This document shows, piece by piece, positions 21,798-29,009 of a stretch of 40,722 bases of DNA; position 1 is the first letter of the stretch; each line of letters starts with the position of its first letter. Origin of the DNA: Cardiobacteriales bacterium (lineage in GTDB: Bacteria > Pseudomonadota > Gammaproteobacteria > Cardiobacteriales > Wohlfahrtiimonadaceae); assembly GCA_030150565.1 (NCBI GenBank), contig JASLFR010000026.1, positions 1-40,722 on the forward strand. The letters run 5' to 3'. The position numbers were made by a program, and so were the translations under genes. Below the pieces are notes generated by a model that was not told the origin of the DNA, searched no databases, and was given only the letters and a program-made list of their open reading frames with translations.

Positions 21798-22749
21798 GAG
21801 AGGATTATTAGTGAGTTGGGGCAGTTCGCTTCTCCTTTTAATGATTCTTCCTCTCTTCGGTGTCGTTCCTCTCTCCCCCTTCTCTTTGGAGGATTGGGGG
21901 GTGATTCTTGAATTTAGATTGCCCCGCCTGCTTGCGGCTTGGATGATTGGTGCACTCTTATCATTGAGTGGCCTTATTTTTCAGGCGATGCTCCGTAATC
22001 CTCTTGCAGATCCTTACATTTTAGGGGTTGCAAGTGGTGGAGCGCTCGGTGCTGCGGTGGTGCTCCATTTCGGTCTCTCTTTTTCATTTTGGCTTCTAAG
22101 CGCTCCTGCCATTGGGGCCTTTATTGGGGCGCTCTTAATTACGCTTCTGCTCTATTTAATCGCTTTTTGGCGCAGCTTCTCTCCCTTGCGCTTGATTCTG
22201 CTTGGTGTGATGCTCAATTTCTTCTGCTCCAGCCTAATTCTACTTCTGCAAGCGTTAGGGGAGCCGAGTAGAAGTTATGAATTGATGCATTGGCTCATGG
22301 GGCGGATCGGTTTTATTACAGGTGAGGAGCTTCTTCTCTTAACAGAGCTCTCGCTTGGAGCACTTCTCTTCTCTCTCTTTATTGCGCCCCGCTTAAATCT
22401 TTTGGCGCTGGGACCAGAGCTGGCTCAATTAAGAGGGTTGAGAGTAAAACGGATCGCAATTGCTCTCTTTTTAGTGATCAGCCTTCTGCTTGGTGTGTTG
22501 GTTGCGTTAAGTGGCCCGATCGGATTTGTTGGGCTTATCATCCCCCATATAGCGCGCTTTTTTGTGGGGGAGGATTATCGCAAGCTGAGTTGGCTGGTCT
22601 TCCCTTTAGGGGGATCTTTTTTGATGTTGGCGCAGTGGCTCTCCACCACTCTTTTCCCCCCTGCTGAGCTTCCACTAGGGGTTGTTACAGCACTTTTAGG
22701 CGCCCCTTTCTTTTTAATGCTCCTTTTCCGCCGTAATGGTGTGCCGTAA
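21775..22749 (+). CDS. FecCD-family ABC permease (BtuC/HmuU class)
   Basis: 324 aa and highly hydrophobic. It carries the family block RLPRLLAAWMIGALLSLSGLIFQAMLRNPLADPYILGVASGGALGA. The GTG start overlaps the ATPase gene by 23 nt. Confidence 0.88.
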   Translation: MVNTSTFKRGLLVSWGSSLLLLMILPLFGVVPLSPFSLEDWGVILEFRLPRLLAAWMIGALLSLSGLIFQAMLRNPLADPYILGVASGGALGAAVVLHFGLSFSFWLLSAPAIGAFIGALLITLLLYLIAFWRSFSPLRLILLGVMLNFFCSSLILLLQALGEPSRSYELMHWLMGRIGFITGEELLLLTELSLGALLFSLFIAPRLNLLALGPELAQLRGLRVKRIAIALFLVISLLLGVLVALSGPIGFVGLIIPHIARFFVGEDYRKLSWLVFPLGGSFLMLAQWLSTTLFPPAELPLGVVTALLGAPFFLMLLFRRNGVP

Positions 22750-22777
22750 ACTGATATACTTCTGTTCGTTTTTACAT

Positions 22778-22860
22778 TAACGCTGATGGAAATGAGTGAG
22801 AATCTCATACGGACCCGCCACTGTGTAGGCTTTTAGCCGAAGTCAGATCTTTCAGCGTTA
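22778..22860 (+). promoter_or_regulatory. Cobalamin (B12) riboswitch aptamer in the btuB leader
   Basis: The closing stem is TAACGCTGA (22778-22786) paired with TCAGCGTTA (22852-22860). Inside it are the conserved core elements GGAAA, GTGAGAATC, CGGACCCGCCACTGT (GCCACTG at 22817-22823) and a B12-box-like AGCCGAAGTCAGA. It lies 38 nt upstream of a TonB-dependent receptor gene. Confidence 0.8.
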
Positions 22861-22897
22861 TCGATCTACACTCTCGAGGTTAAAGAGGAATATTTTT

Positions 22898-24790
22898 ATG
22901 AGGCAGACCCCTATTTTGTCGCCAATAGCGATCGCTTTGGCACCCCTTTTTTTTGGATCATCACTCTCCGCTCAAACATTAGATTATGAGCATCATGATG
23001 AGGTGATTATTTTTACAGCAAATAAGATGCCGACACTCGCACAGAAGAGTGGAGCTCGAACCGATCTTGTCGATGAAACGATGATTGAGGAGCGGCAGTG
23101 GCGCACCGTTGAAGAGGCGCTCAGCCATCTCCCTGCGGTGACGCTTAATCGTAATGGGTTAAATGGCCCCGCATCACTCTTTATTCGGGGGGCAGGGACT
23201 CAAAATACGTTGGTTCTGCTCGATGGAGTTCCGTTGGGGGATCCGATGGGGACTGGGCGCACTGTTGATTACACGCTGTTAGGAAATTTAGCCCATATTG
23301 AACGGGTGGAGGTCTTAAAGGGGGCGCAGAGTACTCTTTATGGATCGAGTGGCATGGGGGGTGTGGTTCAGCTCTTCACAAAGATGGGGAAAAAGCCAAA
23401 TACCACTCTCGATTTAGAGGCGGGAACGGAATCAACATACCGTGCGACAATCGCAACTTCTGGTATGAATGATCGTTTAACGTACGCTTTTGCTGGAGCG
23501 CTTGAGAATAGTCACGGCATCGATGCAACCCTCCCTTCAGAGAATCGCCCTGTGAATGATGCTGATCGAGATGGGTATCGTAATCGCTCCTTTTATGGAA
23601 AGATCAATTATCTTTTAACAGAGCAGTTCGATCTTGATCTGATGCTGCACCACACAAATCGTTATTATCAATACGATAATGAGTGGAATAATACAGCGTA
23701 CGATAATTACGGTCGTAATCGACAGACAACAGCTCGAGTGGCGCTCAATGGTCACTTTTTAGAGGGGCGTTGGGATTCATCTTTAAGTTATGGAATCAAT
23801 CAGCTAACCCGAAATAATTATAGTGGTGGCATCGACTGGATGAGTGGGGAGGAGGAGCAATATCACTACCCATTTAAGGGGCGAACAGAGCTCTTTACGT
23901 GGCACAATATCCTCAATCCAAATTCACAATTTGCAACGATTTTTGGCGCAAGTTACCAAAAAGAGCGGGGAGAGGGGGAGGCGTTTGATCATAAGACCGA
24001 TACAAAGAGCCTCTATATCGATCAGCATCTTCAGTTAGGGGATAATCTTTTAGCGACCATTGGGGCTCGGCACGATAAGCACTCTACTTTTGGCTCACGA
24101 ACAACCACTCGTACAACAATTCGCTACAACATCAATGAGCAGATTGCTCTCAAAGGGAGCTACGGCACAGGGTTTAATGCACCAAATGCGTATCAGCTTT
24201 ATGATGCTTTTGCTGGAAATGAGCGATTAAAAGCGGAGAAGAGCCGTGGCTTCGATTTTGGGGTTGTTGCAAAAGTGAGCCCTACCATAACGTTTGAAGT
24301 GACCTATTTTGAGCAGAAATATCGTGACATGATCGATTATTTTGATCTTGGAAATTGGCAAGGGGAGTATCGAAATCTCGATGAAGCGAAGATGCGCGGA
24401 GTGGAACTTTCAGGAAATTTTGCGCTGACTCAGCAACTCGATATTGGATTGGGGTATAGCTACCTTGATGCTAAAGAGAAGAAGAGTGGTGGCTCTGCAG
24501 AGCGGATGATTCGTCGCCCACGCCATCAAGTGAGTGCCAATATCAATTATCGTCCCAATGAGCGTCTAACGCTTAATGGGGAGTTACTCCACTATAGTGC
24601 TCGTTTAGAGAGTATGGATCGAGAGTTGAAAGCGTTTACCCTCCTCAATTTAGGGGTGAGTTATCGGGTAAATGAGCAGCTCTCTTTACGTGCGAAAGTG
24701 GAGAATGTGGGTAATGAGCGTTACCACTATGCAGCAGGGTATCGAGAGCCAGAGCGACGAGCATTTCTCGGGATGAAGATCGAGTTTTAG
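22898..24790 (+). CDS. btuB: TonB-dependent outer-membrane cobalamin receptor
   Basis: 630 aa with a signal peptide, the TonB box DEVIIFTANK, a plug domain (VLKGAQSTLYGSSGMGGVVQL) and a beta-barrel ending in the terminal aromatic ...GMKIEF. It is directly preceded by the cobalamin riboswitch. Confidence 0.85.
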   Translation: MRQTPILSPIAIALAPLFFGSSLSAQTLDYEHHDEVIIFTANKMPTLAQKSGARTDLVDETMIEERQWRTVEEALSHLPAVTLNRNGLNGPASLFIRGAGTQNTLVLLDGVPLGDPMGTGRTVDYTLLGNLAHIERVEVLKGAQSTLYGSSGMGGVVQLFTKMGKKPNTTLDLEAGTESTYRATIATSGMNDRLTYAFAGALENSHGIDATLPSENRPVNDADRDGYRNRSFYGKINYLLTEQFDLDLMLHHTNRYYQYDNEWNNTAYDNYGRNRQTTARVALNGHFLEGRWDSSLSYGINQLTRNNYSGGIDWMSGEEEQYHYPFKGRTELFTWHNILNPNSQFATIFGASYQKERGEGEAFDHKTDTKSLYIDQHLQLGDNLLATIGARHDKHSTFGSRTTTRTTIRYNINEQIALKGSYGTGFNAPNAYQLYDAFAGNERLKAEKSRGFDFGVVAKVSPTITFEVTYFEQKYRDMIDYFDLGNWQGEYRNLDEAKMRGVELSGNFALTQQLDIGLGYSYLDAKEKKSGGSAERMIRRPRHQVSANINYRPNERLTLNGELLHYSARLESMDRELKAFTLLNLGVSYRVNEQLSLRAKVENVGNERYHYAAGYREPERRAFLGMKIEF

Positions 24791-24929
24791 AGGATTTGAG
24801 TAGATCCGAGATAAATGCTATTGCATGCAGGTTAAATCGGGGTATATTGAATGGGAAGAGGCGCCATTTTGGGGCCTCTTTCACTCTCTAACTATTCTCT
24901 CTATTTTTTATTACCAAAGGAGTCTCCTT

Positions 24930-25265
24930 ATGAGTCAATACCGCCCTAAAACCCTCTTTATTGCTGGACATTCTCGCCTACCACAAGGAATGGCAGCGAA
25001 GAGCATCTTTGAAACATTAACAGTCTCCGCAGAGATTGAGATTAAGTATGGGGTTATTATCGAAGCGAGCTGTACGCTTGCTACTGAGCAGGGGAGCAAC
25101 TTCGTGGGGAGTGTATTGAAAGGGCATAGCTTAAATGAGGGGATTGAGGAGGTGACAGAGGCGTTGCAGAGCCGTTATCGAGGTAAAGCGACTAATGCAC
25201 TTTGTGCGGCAATTAAAGATTTAGAGCTTCAATTTAAAGCACTTAGAGAAAAGATTGTCGATTAA
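24930..25265 (+). CDS. Small cytoplasmic protein, DUF3870-like (family assignment from memory)
   Basis: 111 aa from the ATG at 24930, with AAAGGAG 7 nt upstream: MSQYRPKTLFIAGHSRLPQG...YRGKATNALCAAIKDLE. There is no signal peptide. The track's longer start at 24825 lacks an RBS and runs through a hairpin. Confidence 0.6.
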   Translation: MSQYRPKTLFIAGHSRLPQGMAAKSIFETLTVSAEIEIKYGVIIEASCTLATEQGSNFVGSVLKGHSLNEGIEEVTEALQSRYRGKATNALCAAIKDLELQFKALREKIVD

Positions 25266-25277
25266 TGAAAAAATAGT

Positions 25278-25306
25278 TTGACCGATAGAGTAGAGCCTGA
25301 TAGATT
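25278..25306 (+). promoter_or_regulatory. Candidate sigma70 promoter with extended -10
   Basis: TTGACC (25278-25283), 17-nt spacer, TGaTAGATT (TG at 25298-25299, -10 TAGATT at 25301-25306). The predicted transcription start is near 25313. Confidence 0.45.
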
Positions 25307-25312
25307 GAAATT

Positions 25313-25525
25313 GTCCTTGAGGAGAATCTGAACAAAAGGTAATGGTTAGCCCCATTAATAGCGTGTTTCAAGAGTCTCAAGTTTAAACATAAAATCGTAC
25401 TGCGATATTTGTTGTGACTATACCTTCATTTAAGGTGTAGCAATAAAACAGGTATAGGCCAGTGATAATGAGTATAAGCATTTAGTTGAGTTAATGTTTA
25501 TATTCATTGTTACTGGCCTTTTTTA
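25313..25525 (+). ncRNA. Candidate structured RNA: csiD 5' leader/attenuator or an independent sRNA
   Basis: It is bounded by the promoter-like element and a long hairpin with a U-tract. No plausible ORF is present. Small hairpins lie at 25341-25356 and 25418-25440. Confidence 0.35.
25457..25524 (+). terminator. Unusually long hairpin plus T-tract (intrinsic terminator-like)
   Basis: 25457-25482 pairs continuously with 25493-25518 (26 bp, 10-nt loop), followed by TTTTTT (25519-25524). The four non-Watson-Crick positions are all G-T in the + sense (25464:25511, 25466:25509, 25472:25503, 25478:25497) and would be A-C mismatches in a - strand transcript. Confidence 0.7.
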
Positions 25526-25608
25526 TTGTTTAAGTTTTAGCTGTTCATTATCGATCTTTAGCCTTAATCGGCACGATCAAATTTAAACAACTCTGGAGAA
25601 GAATAAAA

Positions 25609-26529
25609 ATGAGTAATAAATATTTAAGAAAGACGGATACCTATGAAATTCAGGAGCATCCACAGAGCAAGCGCCTATTTCACATCACTTTTGCAGATAA
25701 AGTTATTGAGAACTTTCTTAAAAAATGTAATGAGAAAAACATTACAGTAGAGCGCCTTGAGTACACTCCTTTTGAGCGTCACATCATTGCAAGCTTCCTT
25801 CTTGATGAGACAGATGACACGCTCGGTACAACCCTTCGTGATATTGTTAACGATCGTGAGTTTGGAGGGTTTACACTCGGTCTTCAAGGTGTAACTAAAG
25901 ATACTGATGAGTATGTAATTTTCGCAACAGCGATTACTCACTTAGTAGGGGTGCCAAACTTTGATGCGATGACAGGTAAATACTATGCGCGCTTCACTGT
26001 TCGCCATACAGATGATAGTGACTCATATTTACGTCAAGCGTACCGTCTCTTTACACTCCATACAGATGGAACCTTCGTTGATGAGCCAACAGATTGGTTA
26101 TTGATGATGAAGATGGTTGCAGAGAATGCTGTTGGTGGTGAGAGCCGTCTCCTTCACTTAGATGATTGGAAAGAGCTTGAGAAATTCTCACGTTCACCCT
26201 TAGCGCATTATGAGTTCGATTACATTGCGCCACCAAGCAAAAACGTATCGCAGAAGGTGAAGAAATCAACTTTCTACATCCAGAACAACCGCCCATGTAT
26301 GTGCTTCATTGATCAGTTCGTTTACCCTGAAACAATTGAGCAGGCGAAGTATCTCAATGATCTCTCTGCTTCAATGGAAGCTGACGATGCGGTAGTTGAG
26401 CTTGAGTTACCTGTAGGTGATTTAGTTGTTGTTAACAACCACTTCTGGTTACACGGCCGTGCAGCGTTTGAAGAGCATAAAGATCTTAAGCGCGAACTTA
26501 TGAGACAGCGTGGTCGCTTCATCGTTTAA
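25609..26529 (+). CDS. csiD: Fe(II)/2-oxoglutarate-dependent oxygenase of the CsiD/GlaH (glutarate 2-hydroxylase) family
   Basis: 306 aa. Long blocks match E. coli CsiD as I remember it: NFDAMTGKYYARF, DDSDSYLRQ, LHTDGT (HxD metal ligands), LLMMK, LLHLDDW, APPSKNVS, FWLHGR (distal His), ELMRQRGRF. Confidence 0.85.
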   Translation: MSNKYLRKTDTYEIQEHPQSKRLFHITFADKVIENFLKKCNEKNITVERLEYTPFERHIIASFLLDETDDTLGTTLRDIVNDREFGGFTLGLQGVTKDTDEYVIFATAITHLVGVPNFDAMTGKYYARFTVRHTDDSDSYLRQAYRLFTLHTDGTFVDEPTDWLLMMKMVAENAVGGESRLLHLDDWKELEKFSRSPLAHYEFDYIAPPSKNVSQKVKKSTFYIQNNRPCMCFIDQFVYPETIEQAKYLNDLSASMEADDAVVELELPVGDLVVVNNHFWLHGRAAFEEHKDLKRELMRQRGRFIV

Positions 26530-26558
26530 TTCTGTTGAACGAGAAAGTATCTAATAAG

Positions 26559-26588
26559 AAGCTCCTGCCTTGTGTAGGAGCTTTTTTT
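26559..26588 (+). terminator. Rho-independent terminator after csiD
   Basis: AAGCTCCT (26559-26566), 9-nt loop, AGGAGCTT (26576-26583), with the T-run continuing to 26588. Confidence 0.8.
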
Positions 26589-26639
26589 ATTGACGTAGGA
26601 AAGAGAAGCGATATAGAGTGAATCAGAAGGAGAATGAGA

Positions 26640-27515
26640 ATGATTATAAATTGGAGGAGAGCGTTATTTACGCTGCTATTACTACTCTCATTTGGGGTAG
26701 CTGAGGAGCGTTGTGCACGGATTGCGCTGCTCTCTCCTAGTCTTTCTGATTTGATGGTCGAGCTTGGAAGAGGAGAGAATATTGTTGCCCATACCCCCTT
26801 CTGTCTTCTCCCTGAAGAGCAACTTAAGAGGAGTCACAATATTGGGGGGCAGTATGCACTCAATCTTGAACGCTTAAAAGCAAGTCGCCCCACTACAGTT
26901 TTTTATCAAGGAGATGAGGGGAGTGATATTGCTCTGACGCTTAAAAAGATGAAACTACCCGCTAAAGGGGTGGATCTCTCAACGCTTTCAGCGATTCAGT
27001 CGAGTGAGAGAGTGATTCAAGATTATTGTGGAGAGACCCTTAAAAAGGGGAGTGCAGAAGCGCTCTTAGCGCTTTTAAAGAGGAGAGAAGAGGGAGATTT
27101 TGAGCGTTTGAAGCCGCTCTTCTTCTACGGTATGGAGCGGGAAGATTATAGAGATCATCCCCCTTCAATGGCGGTTGGAAAGAGTTTTCATCGAGATTTT
27201 ATTGAGCAATTTGGGTGGGATAATCGCTATCAAGGGGGGCTCAATGCTCCAACCCTCTCTTTAGAGGCGATTTATCACCTCTCTCCTCAATTTATCGTTA
27301 TTTTGGTCTCAAAAGAGGGATTACAATTTTCAGATCGAGATGCATTGCAATGGCATCGGCAACAAGCTTTATGGAGAAGAGGGAATCCGTTGCCGCTCTA
27401 CATTATTGAAGGATATTCAACCCAAATTCCCACCCCAAGAGCGCTCTATCGATTAGGGGAAGTGTTAGAAGAGATAGAGGCTGATTTTTTAAACATTGGA
27501 GATAATCAGGAGTAG
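26640..27515 (+). CDS. Periplasmic cobalamin/siderophore-type substrate-binding protein (BtuF-like)
   Basis: It has a signal peptide and then [17 protein letters not shown]...[14 protein letters not shown], resembling BtuF class III binding proteins. The ATG at 26640 sits 7 nt after AAGGAG, whereas the track ATG at 26634 is only 1 nt after it. A possible promoter, TTGACG-16-TATAGA, lies at 26590-26617. Confidence 0.7.
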   Translation: MIINWRRALFTLLLLLSFGVAEERCARIALLSPSLSDLMVELGRGENIVAHTPFCLLPEEQLKRSHNIGGQYALNLERLKASRPTTVFYQGDEGSDIALTLKKMKLPAKGVDLSTLSAIQSSERVIQDYCGETLKKGSAEALLALLKRREEGDFERLKPLFFYGMEREDYRDHPPSMAVGKSFHRDFIEQFGWDNRYQGGLNAPTLSLEAIYHLSPQFIVILVSKEGLQFSDRDALQWHRQQALWRRGNPLPLYIIEGYSTQIPTPRALYRLGEVLEEIEADFLNIGDNQE

Positions 27516-27519
27516 AAAG

Positions 27520-28458
27520 ATGAAGATAGCGAATAATGTCACAGAATTGATCGGTAATACACCACTTGTTCGCCTCAATCGCGTTACAGAGGGATTAGAG
27601 GCAGATGTTGTTGTAAAGCTTGAGTATTTCAACCCCTCCCACTCGATTAAAGATCGCATCGCTTTTAATATGATTAAGCGTGCAGAAGAGGAGGGGTTAA
27701 TTAAAGAGGGGACAGAGATTATCGAGCCCACCTCAGGTAATACAGGTATTGGATTAGCGATGGTCTGTGCAGCAAAAGGGTACTCATTGACCTTAACGAT
27801 GCCTGAATCGATGAGTCAAGAGCGTCGCATGCTCTTAAAAGGGTATGGTGCAAAATTAGTCTTAACCCCTGCAGCTAAAGGGATGTCTGGCGCAATCGAG
27901 AAAGCGAAAGAGCTCGCACAAGAGAATGAGAATTCCTTTATTCCTCAACAATTTGAGAATCTCTCTAATCCTGCCATTCATCGCGTAACAACAGCTGAAG
28001 AGATCTGGAAGGATACTGATGGTGCGGTAGATATCTTTATCGCAGGCGTAGGAACAGGGGGGACGGTTACGGGCGTTGGTGAGCGTTTAAAAGAGCTAAA
28101 GCCGAGCGTTGAAGTGGTTGCTGTTGAGCCTAAAGAGTCAGCGGTTCTTTCAGGTGAGCCGAGTGGCCCCCATATGATTCAAGGAATCGGAGCGGGATTT
28201 GTTCCCTCTGTACTTAATGAGAAGGTGTATGACCGAATCGCTCCTATCGCCTCTAAAGATGCCGTTGAGATGGCTAAAAGAGTAGCGAAAGAGGAGGGGC
28301 TCCTTGTAGGAATCTCATCAGGTGCTACAATTCAGGCCGCTCTAAATGAGGCGAAGCGCCCTGAGAATAAGGGGAAACTGATCGTTGCGATCGTCGCCTC
28401 TTTTGGTGAGCGTTATCTCTCTACCCCTCTTTTTGAAGAGTATCGCACCGAAGAGTGA
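27520..28458 (+). CDS. cysK: Cysteine synthase A (O-acetylserine sulfhydrylase)
   Basis: From the ATG at 27520, with AGGAG upstream, the protein starts [21 protein letters not shown]. It contains the PLP-lysine block [28 protein letters not shown] and GISSGA, and is close to E. coli CysK throughout. Confidence 0.93.
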   Translation: MKIANNVTELIGNTPLVRLNRVTEGLEADVVVKLEYFNPSHSIKDRIAFNMIKRAEEEGLIKEGTEIIEPTSGNTGIGLAMVCAAKGYSLTLTMPESMSQERRMLLKGYGAKLVLTPAAKGMSGAIEKAKELAQENENSFIPQQFENLSNPAIHRVTTAEEIWKDTDGAVDIFIAGVGTGGTVTGVGERLKELKPSVEVVAVEPKESAVLSGEPSGPHMIQGIGAGFVPSVLNEKVYDRIAPIASKDAVEMAKRVAKEEGLLVGISSGATIQAALNEAKRPENKGKLIVAIVASFGERYLSTPLFEEYRTEE

Positions 28459-28556
28459 TCGATCTTTGATTTGAGTGAAAGGGTAAGAGGATTTTGGAAA
28501 AAGTGTGATAAAATATCACGCTTTATTCACTATTTATATAAATGTAAGGAGTTTAC

Positions 28557-28997
28557 ATGTCTAAGCAACAGACCCTCTCAATTATTAAGCCTGATGCAGT
28601 TGGTAAAAACGCAATTGGTGCAATCTACTCACGTTTTGAAGCTGCAGGTTTTGAAATTGTAGCGGCAAAGATGGTTCAACTTACCCGTGAAGAGGCAGAA
28701 GGTTTCTATGCCGTTCATAAAGAGCGCCCCTTCTTCAACGATTTAGTTGAGTTTATGATCTCAGGTCCTGTGATGATCTCAGTGCTTCAAGGTGAGAATG
28801 TGATTCTTAAGCATCGCGATATTATGGGTGCAACGAATCCACAAGAGGCGCTTGCAGGTACGATTCGTCACGATTTTGCTGACTCAATCGATGCAAACGC
28901 AGTTCACGGTTCAGACTCACCAGAGACAGCAGCAACAGAGATCGAGTACTTCTTTGGCGAAAATGCTGTTGGTAAAGTTGGTGTTTGCGCACGCTAA
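28557..28997 (+). CDS. ndk: Nucleoside diphosphate kinase
   Basis: The 146-aa protein begins [15 protein letters not shown] and contains the active-site NAVHGSD and the YFF C-terminal block. Confidence 0.95.
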   Translation: MSKQQTLSIIKPDAVGKNAIGAIYSRFEAAGFEIVAAKMVQLTREEAEGFYAVHKERPFFNDLVEFMISGPVMISVLQGENVILKHRDIMGATNPQEALAGTIRHDFADSIDANAVHGSDSPETAATEIEYFFGENAVGKVGVCAR

Positions 28998-29009
28998 TTG
29001 GGCGGATTA

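Noticed and set aside
24825-24929. Longer 146-aa version of the DUF3870-like ORF starting at 24825.
   Set aside because: That ATG has no RBS, and the extension spans a stable hairpin and encodes non-conserved sequence. The ATG at 24930 has AAAGGAG at ideal spacing.
25342-25386. 14-codon ORF (MVSPINSVFQESQV) in the csiD leader as a possible leader peptide.
   Set aside because: The purine tract AAAAGG ends only 2 nt before the ATG and the GAGGAG is 17 nt away, so neither is a workable RBS spacing. It has no run of regulatory codons.
25494-25586. 30-codon hydrophobic ORF (MFIFIVTGLFYCLSFSCSLSIFSLNRHDQI) starting inside the long hairpin; it could be mistaken for a type I toxin.
   Set aside because: It has no convincing Shine-Dalgarno and the ORF runs straight through the T-tract terminator. 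Phe, Ile and Leu richness is expected from translating AT-rich DNA. I kept it only as a remote possibility.
28504-28520. Possible CRP-binding site TGTGA-N-TCACG upstream of ndk.
   Set aside because: The half-sites are separated by 7 nt rather than the canonical 6, and the second half-site ends in G rather than A. It is reported only as an unassigned palindrome.
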